NCBI GenBank assembly: GCA_949290385.1
Contig: CASERY010000015.1
Span: 1-24,208, forward strand
Reading direction: 5' to 3'
Source: an uncultured bacterium
GTDB taxonomy: Bacteria; Verrucomicrobiota; Lentisphaeria; Victivallales; UBA1829
DNA: 24,208 nt
Position 1 is the stretch's first letter. The number at the start of each line of letters is the position of its first letter. The notes below the pieces were generated by a model. It made no database searches and was not told the DNA's origin. It saw only the letters and a list, made by a program, of their open reading frames with translations. A program made the translations under genes and the position numbers. Of the stretch, positions 16,446-24,208 are shown one piece after another.

Positions 16446-17237
16446 ATGAAATTGTCTTTTTTGAATAAACCCTATCCAGTTATCAGTGGTATTATGGCTG
16501 GACAGACCCCCGGTGAACTGATTGCGGAGGCCAGGGGCGCAGAAGCAGATGGTGCGCACGGCATTACTGTGGAATTGTTTGACTTCAAGCCGGAATTCCG
16601 GAATACAGATTCTCTGAAAGGAGTCATTGATTCGGTTGCGCTTCCGTTCATGTTTTGTTTTTATCGCAATGACCGCTGGGGAACCAAAAACGACGAGGAA
16701 CGTCAGACATTGCTGCTTGCAGCGGCAGATGCAGGGGCTTCGATGATTGATGTCATGGGGGATTTATATGACCCTTCGCCCATGGAAATCACCCATGACC
16801 GGAAGGCCATTGCAAAACAGAAGCGTCTGATTGAGCGTATTCACAAAAAGGGTGCGGATGTGGTTATGTCTTCACATACGCACTGTGTCCGGACGGCGGA
16901 CGAGACCGTGGAACAGCTGTTGAGTCTGGAATCACGCGGCGCGGATGTAGTAAAACTTGTCTCGACGGTTGATAACGAGGAGGAACTTGCCGAGGCGCTT
17001 CGCACAACGATGCTGCTCCGGCATGAGCTTAAAGTTCCGTTTATTCATCTTTGCAGCGGGAAATTTTCCCGTCCGCACCGTTTTCTATGTCCGGTTTTAG
17101 GTACAAGTATTTTATTTGCAGTGCATCATTATGATCCGCGTTACGGTTATATGCAGCCTACAATCCGCGCAATGAAACAGGTTCTGGACGGTATCCACTG
17201 GGACATAAGCATCGTCTCTCCGCGGAAGACCGACTGA
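16446..17237 (+). CDS. Type I 3-dehydroquinate dehydratase-like protein (AroD fold)
   Basis: AAGGAG lies 6 nt before the ATG at 16446. VVMSSHTH and GADVVKLVS align with the AroD active-site His and the Schiff-base Lys (GADIPKIA in E. coli AroD). No other aro genes are nearby. Confidence 0.65.
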   Translation: MKLSFLNKPYPVISGIMAGQTPGELIAEARGAEADGAHGITVELFDFKPEFRNTDSLKGVIDSVALPFMFCFYRNDRWGTKNDEERQTLLLAAADAGASMIDVMGDLYDPSPMEITHDRKAIAKQKRLIERIHKKGADVVMSSHTHCVRTADETVEQLLSLESRGADVVKLVSTVDNEEELAEALRTTMLLRHELKVPFIHLCSGKFSRPHRFLCPVLGTSILFAVHHYDPRYGYMQPTIRAMKQVLDGIHWDISIVSPRKTD

Positions 17238-17541
17238 CATTTCCTTGGTGAGATTGGAATCCGGCTGAGGTCAGATTCCTTCTGAAGTCCCGATTCCCTT
17301 TAGTTCCGTATTCTTTGTATATTTTCTTTGGTGAGTTTTGCAGGCATTAAAGCTGTGGCCGGCTAATTCCCAAAGATATGCGGAACTTAAGAAAAGAACT
17401 GATAAGATTGAATATTTTAGAGGTTTCTCCCTTAAGATTAAGATACTATCCATATAATATCTGAAACATACAATATATTCATAGTGAATCATTTTATAGA
17501 GAAATAAATCCTTGGATTTAAGTCTAAAATAAAATTTTTAA

Positions 17542-17629
17542 GAAAAATCATGATTTCTTATTGATTTTTTGCTAAATCATATTTATATTTATTTAAAGGT
17601 AAGATTTAATAAGAAGGAAAAATCATGAT
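17542..17629 (+). promoter_or_regulatory. Candidate promoter plus Fur-family box-like repeats upstream of, and overlapping, the Fur-family gene start
   Basis: A perfect palindrome AAATCATGATTT sits at 17545-17556. The 13-mer GAAAAATCATGAT occurs twice, at 17542-17554 and at 17617-17629, and the second copy covers the start codon. A further AAATCAT lies at 17574-17580. The candidate promoter is TTGATT (17561-17566), a 17-nt spacer, then TATATT (17584-17589). Confidence 0.5.
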
Positions 17630-18071
17630 CAAAGATCCAATCTATTCAGAGTTTTCAGAGATTTGCCGAAAGGAAGGCTGGAAATGTACATCTCAGCGTT
17701 TGGCTGTCTATCGCTTTCTTCGAGGAAACCTTACTCATCCGGCAGTGGATGCGGTCTGGACAGCTGTACGCAGTACAATGCCGGCAATTACACGTGAAAG
17801 CGTCTACCGGATTCTGAATGAATTTTCCGACAGGGGAATCATTGCCCGTCTGGATCAGATCGACAATGCCCGGTATGATTCACGTACAGATCCTCATGGA
17901 CATTTCATCTGTACAAAATGCGGGAAAATTTCAGATTTCAACTGGCCCGAAGGAATAACTGTTCCGGTGAACATACAGCCCGGAAAAGTTGTCCATATGG
18001 AAATACGCGCTGTCGGTATTTGTGAAGACTGCGCGGCAGAGATAGACTCATTCCCGGAAAAAAGCGTATGA
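17625..18071 (+). CDS. Fur-family metalloregulator (Fur/Zur/PerR; subtype not resolved)
   Basis: It has a winged-helix N-domain (CTSQRLAVYRFL...HPAVDAVWTAV), the HGHFIC motif, and two CxxC pairs (CTKCG, CEDC). Length is 148 aa. Confidence 0.85.
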   Translation: MIKDPIYSEFSEICRKEGWKCTSQRLAVYRFLRGNLTHPAVDAVWTAVRSTMPAITRESVYRILNEFSDRGIIARLDQIDNARYDSRTDPHGHFICTKCGKISDFNWPEGITVPVNIQPGKVVHMEIRAVGICEDCAAEIDSFPEKSV

Positions 18072-18178
18072 CAATCCTGTAAAAAGGTTCCGTTGAACAC
18101 CCTTCATGCGGAAATATCAAAAAAAATAGTTTTAAAAAAAGCCCCGAACCACAAATCAAAAAAAGAAGGAACAGAAAC

Positions 18179-18742
18179 ATGAGAAGCATTACAAAATTTG
18201 AATTGCAGTATGCCCACAGGTTTTACAAATTCCAGGGAGAGGCTCAATATCTGCATGGACACACCGGAATTCTAACAATTGAAGTGGAAGATTCCATTGA
18301 GCCCGGAGTTAATATGGTCTATCCCTGTAATGAGATCCAGAAGGTTGCCTGGAGTCTGCTGAAAAATTTTGACCATGCGCTGATTTTGCGTGAAGATGAC
18401 CCTCTGCTGCCGGCAATTCTTGATGTCTACGAAAAACAGGGCATTAAGAACGGTGCACCATCCAATAAAATGAAGGGTGAAGCTTTCCGCACGGAGCTTG
18501 CCACGGCCTATCCCGATGCCAGACTGGTTGTCACGAAAGAAAGCATGACCGTAGAAGGGATGATCAAAATTGTCTATGAACTGCTGAAGGACAAACTCAA
18601 TATTGCCAGAATTACTTTTACCAGCGGAGTCAATGCCGCTACTCAGGAATATACGCCTGTTAAAACAATCGATCGCTGTCCGCTTTGCGGCGTGGCTCTG
18701 GTCGATGGTGTATGCCCGAAGTGCGGCTATAAAAAACACTGA
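18179..18742 (+). CDS. 6-pyruvoyl-tetrahydropterin synthase / QueD-like protein lacking the catalytic Cys, with a C-terminal zinc-ribbon tail
   Basis: FELQYAHRF...EAQYLHGHTG...FDHALIL aligns with QueD FEAAHRL...KCGRLHGHSF...LDHHYLN. The three zinc-binding His residues are kept, and the Cys four residues before HGH is Ala here. The C-terminus CPLCGVALVDGVCPKCGY is a CxxC...CxxC ribbon. Confidence 0.7.
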   Translation: MRSITKFELQYAHRFYKFQGEAQYLHGHTGILTIEVEDSIEPGVNMVYPCNEIQKVAWSLLKNFDHALILREDDPLLPAILDVYEKQGIKNGAPSNKMKGEAFRTELATAYPDARLVVTKESMTVEGMIKIVYELLKDKLNIARITFTSGVNAATQEYTPVKTIDRCPLCGVALVDGVCPKCGYKKH

Positions 18743-18763
18743 TACTGAAAGATTCTGCAACAG

Positions 18764-18799
18764 CCCCTGGCCGGTATTTTTTCCCGGGCAGGGGTTTTT
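18764..18799. terminator. Hairpin terminator between the convergent PTPS-like and symporter genes
   Basis: CCCCTGGCCGG (18764-18774) pairs with CCGGGCAGGGG (18784-18794) over 10 bp with one mismatch. TTTTT follows on the + strand. Confidence 0.65.
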
Positions 18800-18805
18800 G
18801 ATTTA

Positions 18806-20434
18806 TTATTTCCCGGAGGCAGTTTTCTTTTGAAAGCATTCATCCAGGAACGGTGCCGGAGGAGGAGAAGTCCAGATGCTGACTGCAATGAGTGCCAGTA
18901 CAGACAGCGGCAGAGAATAGATCATGGTGTCTACATACGGCCACGGAAATGTGCTGATGAGTTCTGTTTTCCCGGTAAGCATTTCACAAAGTCCCATTGC
19001 CGCTGATTCCTTCCGGTGCAAGAAGAACAGTCCGAACAGGCTTACCCCGACCCCGGTTCCCATGCTGGCCCAGACTCCCGCAGCGGTAGCCCTTCGCCAG
19101 TAAAGGGCTGCGGCATAAGCAGGTAGAAAAGCTGCGGCACAGACTCCGAAGAAAATGGCAGTTCCCCGGGCAATAATGCCGGGAGGAAGTGTGAACCCGA
19201 GAATCAGGCTGATAATAATGCCGAAGACAACCCCCATGCGTGTAATGGAAATGCTGTCCGATTCACTGCGGACCAGATTGCGGAAAAGATCGTGCCCGAT
19301 GGAACTTCCGGTGACATGAAACAGTGAGCTGAGTGTAGACATGGCAGCTGACAGCAATGTCAGAGAGAAAATATACAATACAACTTCGGGCAGAGCCTGT
19401 GAAATAAAAAGAGGAATAATGATATCCGGATTGCCACCGGCCGCTTCAATGGCAAGTTTCCCTGAAACACCTTCTGCAATCCCTTTGTCGGAATGATAGA
19501 AAAATACATTCGACAACGCTCCGACTACATATGCGGATCCCACTGTAAATAAGATAAACAGAGAACCGATCAATGTTGCACGGCTGAGTTCACGGCTGCT
19601 CCGGACTGTCATGAACCGTACAGCCAGCTGAGGCTGAGCCAGAGCGCCAATGCCTACTCCCAGCATCAGGCTTGATACCAGTGTCCACCACCATACAGAA
19701 TTGAAACGCGGCATGGCGGTCCATCCCAGATGGCCCAACGCAGCTTCAGTCGGCAGTCTTTCCTGGACCAGGGGAGCCATGGCGGTTAACTCCCGATGTG
19801 CTTCTGTTACTCCGCCCAGGAGCCAGTAGCTCATAACCAGTAGAGCTAACAGCCCCACTACCATGACTGTCCCCATCAGGGCATCTACATACATAACTCC
19901 TTTGAGTCCGCCGAAGATGACATAGACTGCCACAACTGCAGCGAACAGCAGCAGTGCCGCATGATAATTCATATGCAGAACACTCTGCAGAAAACGTGCG
20001 GCACCAATCAGAACAACGCTGGAATAGAGAGGCATGAAAATAAAAATAATCAGCGCAATGAAAATTTTCATTCCCCTGGACTGAAAACGGTTCCCGATAA
20101 ATTCCGGAAATGTGTGTGCATTCAAGGCCTTGCCAATGCGTCGTGTCCTTGTCCCGAAAAAGACGAATGCCACAAAAATTCCCACTGCAATATTCATGAA
20201 GGACAGCCATAGAAGTCCCATGCCGAATTGTCCTGCAATTCCGCCAAAGCCCACAATGGCAGAGGTGCTGATGAATGCCGCTCCGTAACTCATGGCCATG
20301 ACAAAAGGATGAACAGAACGTCCTGCCAGCAGATAATCCTGGTGATCCGTTGTGTGGCGGTAGCCCCGGTAGCCGAGCCAGGCAATACATAGTAAATAGA
20401 TGAGTGCTGTGATGCCGAACAACGTGGTATTCAT
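18806..20434 (-). CDS. Sodium:solute symporter (SSS) family transporter
   Basis: This is a 542-aa polytopic membrane protein with an SSS-type N-terminus (LLAGRSVHPFVMAMSYGAAFISTSAIVGFGG). It is preceded by the small accessory ORF characteristic of this subfamily. Confidence 0.85.
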   Translation of the reverse strand: MNTTLFGITALIYLLCIAWLGYRGYRHTTDHQDYLLAGRSVHPFVMAMSYGAAFISTSAIVGFGGIAGQFGMGLLWLSFMNIAVGIFVAFVFFGTRTRRIGKALNAHTFPEFIGNRFQSRGMKIFIALIIFIFMPLYSSVVLIGAARFLQSVLHMNYHAALLLFAAVVAVYVIFGGLKGVMYVDALMGTVMVVGLLALLVMSYWLLGGVTEAHRELTAMAPLVQERLPTEAALGHLGWTAMPRFNSVWWWTLVSSLMLGVGIGALAQPQLAVRFMTVRSSRELSRATLIGSLFILFTVGSAYVVGALSNVFFYHSDKGIAEGVSGKLAIEAAGGNPDIIIPLFISQALPEVVLYIFSLTLLSAAMSTLSSLFHVTGSSIGHDLFRNLVRSESDSISITRMGVVFGIIISLILGFTLPPGIIARGTAIFFGVCAAAFLPAYAAALYWRRATAAGVWASMGTGVGVSLFGLFFLHRKESAAMGLCEMLTGKTELISTFPWPYVDTMIYSLPLSVLALIAVSIWTSPPPAPFLDECFQKKTASGK

Positions 20435-20571
20435 GATTTGCTGTTCTCCTTTGTCTCTTCTTCCTCATCGGAACGATTCCAGTTTAACACCCCGTAAACA
20501 ACGCAAATCAGCACGATAAGAATATTGGCGATGAATGCTGCGGCAACCCAGCCGTCTCCCAAACCAAGCAT
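20431..20571 (-). CDS. Symporter small accessory protein (46 aa, single TM); not in the ORF track
   Basis: I translated this by hand: MLGLGDGWVAAAFIANILIVLICVVYGVLNWNRSDEEEETKENSKS. AAGGTGGA lies 7 nt before the ATG at 20571. Its TGA overlaps the symporter ATG (ATGA, 20431-20434). The short N-tail, single TM helix, NW motif and acidic tail match small ORFs found upstream of SSS transporters. Confidence 0.65.
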   Translation of the reverse strand: MLGLGDGWVAAAFIANILIVLICVVYGVLNWNRSDEEEETKENSKS

Positions 20572-20663
20572 GACAAATTTCCACCTTTCTAAAATAGCCT
20601 GAAACAGTCTGAATGAGTCTGAAACAAACTGTCTTCTGAAAATTTATAATATAAATATCCGGT

Positions 20664-20692
20664 ACTATAAATGTGCAGTCGGGATACAGCAA
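20664..20692 (-). promoter_or_regulatory. Candidate sigma-70 promoter for the accessory-ORF/symporter operon
   Basis: On the minus strand: TTGCTG (20692-20687), a 17-nt spacer, then TATAGT (20669-20664). It lies about 90 nt upstream of the small ORF. Confidence 0.35.
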
Positions 20693-20976
20693 TAGACTGC
20701 TTTTGAATTTTGTGGAATCTTTCTATGCTTTTTTATGAAAAAAAGGTTATTTTTACCGAAAGTCAGAGGTTTGTATTGGAATGCGCCTCCCCAAAGAAAA
20801 AACTTTCATATCCACTGTTGTCTGAACGGGAACAACCTAAATAGATATAGACAGCGTTAAATAGAAAGCAAAAAAGTTTACAGGAAAACCATTTTATTCC
20901 ATATCCTGAAGACGTGCGTATTCCAACTGTGGATCTGTCGAAAACCCGTTTCGGCAGATAAAAAAAACTGAAATCC

Positions 20977-21909
20977 TCAGAAATGGTACGATTCTTTAGT
21001 GGAATCTGTTTGGTCCTCGTGACTGAATTTTTTGTAGATGCGCTTAAGAAAAAGTTCAGCTGCTCTGGAAAACAGTTGATCCTTTTTCCATACAAAATTC
21101 AAGCCTGATTCGAGACGGGGATTCAGCGGCCGGAAGCAAAGATCTCCAGGTCCTTTTGTATGAATAAGTTTATCAAGAGCAACAGCACAGCCGACACCTT
21201 CCTCAACCATCAGTGCGGCATTGTAAATTAAATTGTACGTTGCTGCAATATTTAAGTCTGCAGTGTCTTTTCCGAACCAGTCGGAATACGGGTTTTTCTC
21301 CGAAAGGTGCTGGACGGCCTGTTGGGAGCAGATCAGCGGAACAGACTGAAGATCCTGCCGGGTTATCGATTTTTTCCGGACAAGGGGACAATCCCGGCGC
21401 ATAATGAGGCCCCAGACATCCTTGGCCGGAAGACTGATGAAATGATATTTGGCAAGGCTGACCGGCTGAATCAGGATTCCGAAATCCAGCAAGCCTCTGT
21501 CAAGGCGTTCCATAACATCTTCTGCGTTGCCGCTGTAGAGGTGAAAACGAATTTCCGGATAGTCCTGCCGGACTTCCTGAATCAACTGGGCAATTTGCCG
21601 CATGGCTTCAGTTTCTCCTCCGCCAATATAAACATCTCCGCCGACTGTTCTGCCCATTGCGCTGAATTCAGATTCCGTCTTGTGGACGATGTCCAGAATT
21701 TCCTCTGCACGTTTCCGCAGAAGCATTCCCTCCGGCGTCAACGAGACTGCATGACTGCCTCGGATAAAAAGTTTTTGATCCAGTTCTTCCTCCAGGTCCT
21801 GCAATTGTCTTGAAAGTGTAGGCTGTGTAACATGCAACAGTCGGGCCGCTTTTGTCATGCTTCCGGTTTTCGCAACTCCGAGGAAGTAGCGCAATACTCT
21901 GATTTCCAT
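20977..21909 (-). CDS. LysR-family transcriptional regulator
   Basis: AAGGAG lies before the ATG at 21909. It has the N-terminal HTH MEIRVLRYFLGVAKTGSMTKAARLLHVTQPTLSRQLQDLEEEL followed by a LysR substrate-binding domain. The tracked ORF extends to 21987. Confidence 0.9.
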   Translation of the reverse strand: MEIRVLRYFLGVAKTGSMTKAARLLHVTQPTLSRQLQDLEEELDQKLFIRGSHAVSLTPEGMLLRKRAEEILDIVHKTESEFSAMGRTVGGDVYIGGGETEAMRQIAQLIQEVRQDYPEIRFHLYSGNAEDVMERLDRGLLDFGILIQPVSLAKYHFISLPAKDVWGLIMRRDCPLVRKKSITRQDLQSVPLICSQQAVQHLSEKNPYSDWFGKDTADLNIAATYNLIYNAALMVEEGVGCAVALDKLIHTKGPGDLCFRPLNPRLESGLNFVWKKDQLFSRAAELFLKRIYKKFSHEDQTDSTKESYHF

Positions 21910-21962
21910 GATGGATACTCCTTTTTTACAGAGAAAATAGCTTTGGGATAAGATATATGAAT

Positions 21963-21987
21963 ATGATATAGATTTCAAGCATATCAT
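21963..21987. promoter_or_regulatory. LysR-type T-N11-A recognition site in the divergent intergenic region
   Basis: ATGATAT (21963-21969), an 11-nt spacer, then ATATCAT (21981-21987). The 7-bp arms form a perfect inverted repeat. The site lies 54-78 nt upstream of the LysR ATG. Confidence 0.6.
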
Positions 21988-22206
21988 GATATAAGAAATA
22001 AGTATTCGCTATTTTAAAAAAAGTATTTACATTGAATTTAGAAAAGGTTTTCCTGTCAGGATATTGTACTGGAAAATGCAGACAAGGCTTTCTTTGTTTT
22101 GAAATGGATGGAAATGCCGTCCCCAGCGGAGTTTGCCAATAGGCCATGAAACGATGAATGCGAGTCAAATTCAGGTTTTTTGATCCTGATACTGCTGGTA
22201 ATCCTT

Positions 22207-22228
22207 CTGGCCATGAACTGGCCATGAA
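22207..22228. repeat. Perfect 11-bp tandem duplication CTGGCCATGAA x2 in the hydrolase leader/intergenic region
   Basis: Copies sit at 22207-22217 and 22218-22228. A third related copy, AGGCCATGAA, lies at 22141-22150. Confidence 0.8.
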
Positions 22229-22466
22229 GCAATGGATGTGAGGCAAAGGGACAGGAGACTTTTTAAAATAGATTCAGAAGATTTGAAGGGAGAAAGAATT
22301 CCTCCGGAAATTAGAATGGAAGCAACGGTTGTTCAGTCTGACAGAGACTCTCATTGATTGCCTTTTGATACTGCATGGTGTCGTTCAATGGGAAGAAGTC
22401 TGACAGAAAAAACCGGAATTAATAAGTAAGAACATTAAAACAAATCTTTTGCAAGGAGAAATGAAA

Positions 22467-23513
22467 ATGAGTGGAAAACTGATTTGCAAAGTAAAAGCCG
22501 CCGTTCTCGGAGTATCTCTGACGGCTGCCGCACTGGCTGCCGAAAAGCCTGCAGATGCGGATAACTTTTACAAAAGTGACAAAGTTACTGTCAAACCTGT
22601 TGTATTCAACAATCAGTATCAAATGAAAATTGCCGGCAACCTGATGATTCCTGAAGATTTGCCGGAAGGGGCCTCTCTGCCTGCCATTATTGTTGGCCAT
22701 CCGATGGGGGCTGTAAAGGAACAGAGTGCCAATCTTTATGCTACCAAAATGGCAGAACGTGGGTTTATTACCCTGGCAATTGATCTTTCTTTCTGGGGCG
22801 GAAGCGAAGGGGAGCCGAGGAATGCTGTGTGTCCGGATCTCTATGCGGAGTCCTTCAGTGCGGCGGCAGATTATCTCCGGAGTCTACCATTTGTTGAAAG
22901 AGACCGTATTGGCGTTATTGGCATTTGCGGGAGTGGAAGTTTTGCAATCAGTGCAGCGAAAATAGATCCGCGCCTTAAGGCCATTGCAACTGTCAGCATG
23001 TATGATATGGGGCAGGCAAGCCGCAACGCTCTGCATCATTCTCTGACTCTTGAGCAGCGCAAGAAAATCATTGAAGAAGCAGCTCTTCAGCGAGATGTGG
23101 AATTTGCCGGGGGAGAAATCAAATATACCGGTGGAACTGTGCATGAAATTACGGAAAAGTCCAGCCCGGTGGAAATCGAATTCTTTGAATTCTATCGTAC
23201 TGCACGGGGAGAAGTTACTCCTGCTGGTGCGTCTCCGCTTACTACAACGCATCCAACTCTTTCAAGCAATACCAAATTCATGAATTTCTATCCGTTTGAG
23301 GATTTGGATATGATCGCTCCGCGGCCGCTGCTCTTTATCACTGGAGAAAATGCCCATTCCCGGGAGTTCAGCGAGGATGCCTATCGAAGAGCTTCAGAAC
23401 CCAAGGAACTTTTTATTGTGCCGAATGCAGGGCATGTGGATCTTTATGATCGTACAGAATTAATTCCATTTGATAAACTTGAAGATTTCTTCAAGCAGGC
23501 TCTGAAAAAATAA
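22467..23513 (+). CDS. Secreted alpha/beta hydrolase (dienelactone-hydrolase/YcjY-like)
   Basis: AAGGAG lies 8 nt before the ATG at 22467, and an alternative ATG lies at 22461. The signal peptide is MSGKLICKVKAAVLGVSLTAAALAAEKPADA. The nucleophile elbow reads GVIGICGSGSF, so the nucleophile may be Cys. A C-terminal GHVDLY motif follows. Confidence 0.8.
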   Translation: MSGKLICKVKAAVLGVSLTAAALAAEKPADADNFYKSDKVTVKPVVFNNQYQMKIAGNLMIPEDLPEGASLPAIIVGHPMGAVKEQSANLYATKMAERGFITLAIDLSFWGGSEGEPRNAVCPDLYAESFSAAADYLRSLPFVERDRIGVIGICGSGSFAISAAKIDPRLKAIATVSMYDMGQASRNALHHSLTLEQRKKIIEEAALQRDVEFAGGEIKYTGGTVHEITEKSSPVEIEFFEFYRTARGEVTPAGASPLTTTHPTLSSNTKFMNFYPFEDLDMIAPRPLLFITGENAHSREFSEDAYRRASEPKELFIVPNAGHVDLYDRTELIPFDKLEDFFKQALKK

Positions 23514-23533
23514 ACTTTACCTTGGTACAATAT

Positions 23534-23564
23534 CCGGAGGGATTTTTTCCCTTCGGATTTTTTT
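23534..23564 (+). terminator. Rho-independent terminator after the alpha/beta hydrolase
   Basis: CCGGAGGG (23534-23541) pairs with CCCTTCGG (23549-23556) over 8 bp including one G-U, with a 7-nt loop. ATTTTTTT follows. Confidence 0.75.
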
Positions 23565-24186
23565 GCTTTTAAATGAATGAAAATGCTGAAGAGAAAATTC
23601 GTTTCGATTGATGCATGTGAAATGCCGGAACAAGAAAAAAGAAGAATGAACATTTTGTACTCTTGAACCGACATGTTTTGAATATCTTATGATAGGTTCT
23701 TCCGCACAAAATGAAAATAAAAAGAAATCTATTTTTCTGCCATTGGTTCTGTGTGGTTTCAGATTCTCTGGCTGGACCGCTACATTCCAGCGTTTGCAAA
23801 GGGTAAAAATTCCTGTATGCTTTTTTCCTGTGCTTTTTTCTGATTTTCTTTTCCAGATGAAGAAAGCTTTTAGGCCGGCGAAAAAAACTGTTCAGGGGTA
23901 GGGTCGGGCTGTTTTCTGTAAGACTTGAAAGATTTGTGTTCCCTGATGTCGAATTTCATTTCCCGAATAATAAATCAGATCATATCAGATCCGAAAAACT
24001 GACCTCACTATTTATTCCTGAATAGCTTATTTCGGCTTAAGAGAAGTTTTAAAAGGGCAGAAAGCGCATGTTTTATAAATATGCTGTTTTCTGTGTGTGT
24101 TATCATGTTTTTCAGGATACATTTTATCTTCCTTGTGTAAAAAACAGAAAACTTCTTTTTGTCTATGGAGAACAGGAAGGAAAAAA

Positions 24187-24208
24187 TGGAGCGAGTTAAC
24201 GGACTCGA
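24187..24208 (-). tRNA. Possible 3' end of a tRNA gene running off the right edge (identity unknown)
   Basis: The minus strand reads ...TCGAGT-CCGTT-AACTCGC-T-CCA followed by TTTTTT. That fits a T-loop remnant, a T-stem beginning with C61, a 7-nt acceptor, discriminator U and an encoded CCA. Only 22 nt are visible. The same bases could instead start a + strand CDS (AGGAAGG, 5 nt, then ATG at 24186). Confidence 0.3.

Noticed and set aside
19746-20468. 240-aa minus-strand ORF in an alternative frame of the symporter gene
   Set aside because: It shares the strand with the SSS transporter but lies in a different frame. The product is Cys/Arg/His-rich with no membrane-protein character, and the 542-aa frame is clearly the real one.
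20935-20957. 9-bp hairpin (CTGTCGAAA/TTTCGGCAG) downstream of the LysR stop, considered as its terminator
   Set aside because: On the LysR (minus) strand the T-run precedes the hairpin rather than following it. On the + strand an A-run follows it. Neither orientation is a canonical intrinsic terminator.
24186-24208. Start of a + strand CDS (AGGAAGG, 5 nt, then ATG, giving MERVNGL...)
   Set aside because: This is not fully rejected. Only 7 codons are visible, and the same bases fit a tRNA 3' end on the other strand. It is too short to call as a CDS.
1-24208. TGA (selenocysteine or Trp/Gly) recoding or programmed frameshifts
   Set aside because: No conserved gene in the window is interrupted by TGA or TAA or needs a frameshift to restore its family alignment. 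All three interruptions are TAG.

Overview
This is a 24.2-kb bacterial chromosomal window. I cannot assign the lineage by eye. I support 19 protein-coding genes, one complete tRNA-Pro(CGG), and a possible partial tRNA at the right edge. Left to right the genes are: the 3' end of a ComM/YifB-like ATPase; a YqiJ/NfeD-like membrane protein followed by a flotillin (SPFH) gene carrying a 66-bp in-frame tandem repeat; a lipoprotein; an M32 carboxypeptidase; a neutral-ceramidase-like hydrolase; tRNA-Pro; a visibly AT-richer segment with an AraC regulator and an MFS transporter; a LacI-headed cluster (beta-lactamase-fold serine hydrolase, extended SDR epimerase, Gfo/Idh/MocA oxidoreductase, type I dehydroquinase-like protein); a Fur-family regulator followed by a PTPS/QueD-like protein that lacks the catalytic Cys and carries a Zn-ribbon tail; a sodium:solute symporter with an untracked 46-aa accessory ORF; and a LysR regulator divergent from a secreted alpha/beta hydrolase. 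The main finding is that three otherwise intact genes of conserved families (MFS, AraC, SDR) each contain exactly one in-frame TAG and no frameshift or other stop. Only 1 of 19 genes ends on TAG, and that gene has a TGA 10 codons later. This fits either amber read-through or reassignment, or three independent recent nonsense pseudogenes. The window alone cannot decide between them. No CRISPR array, integrase, transposase or recognisable defence system was seen.
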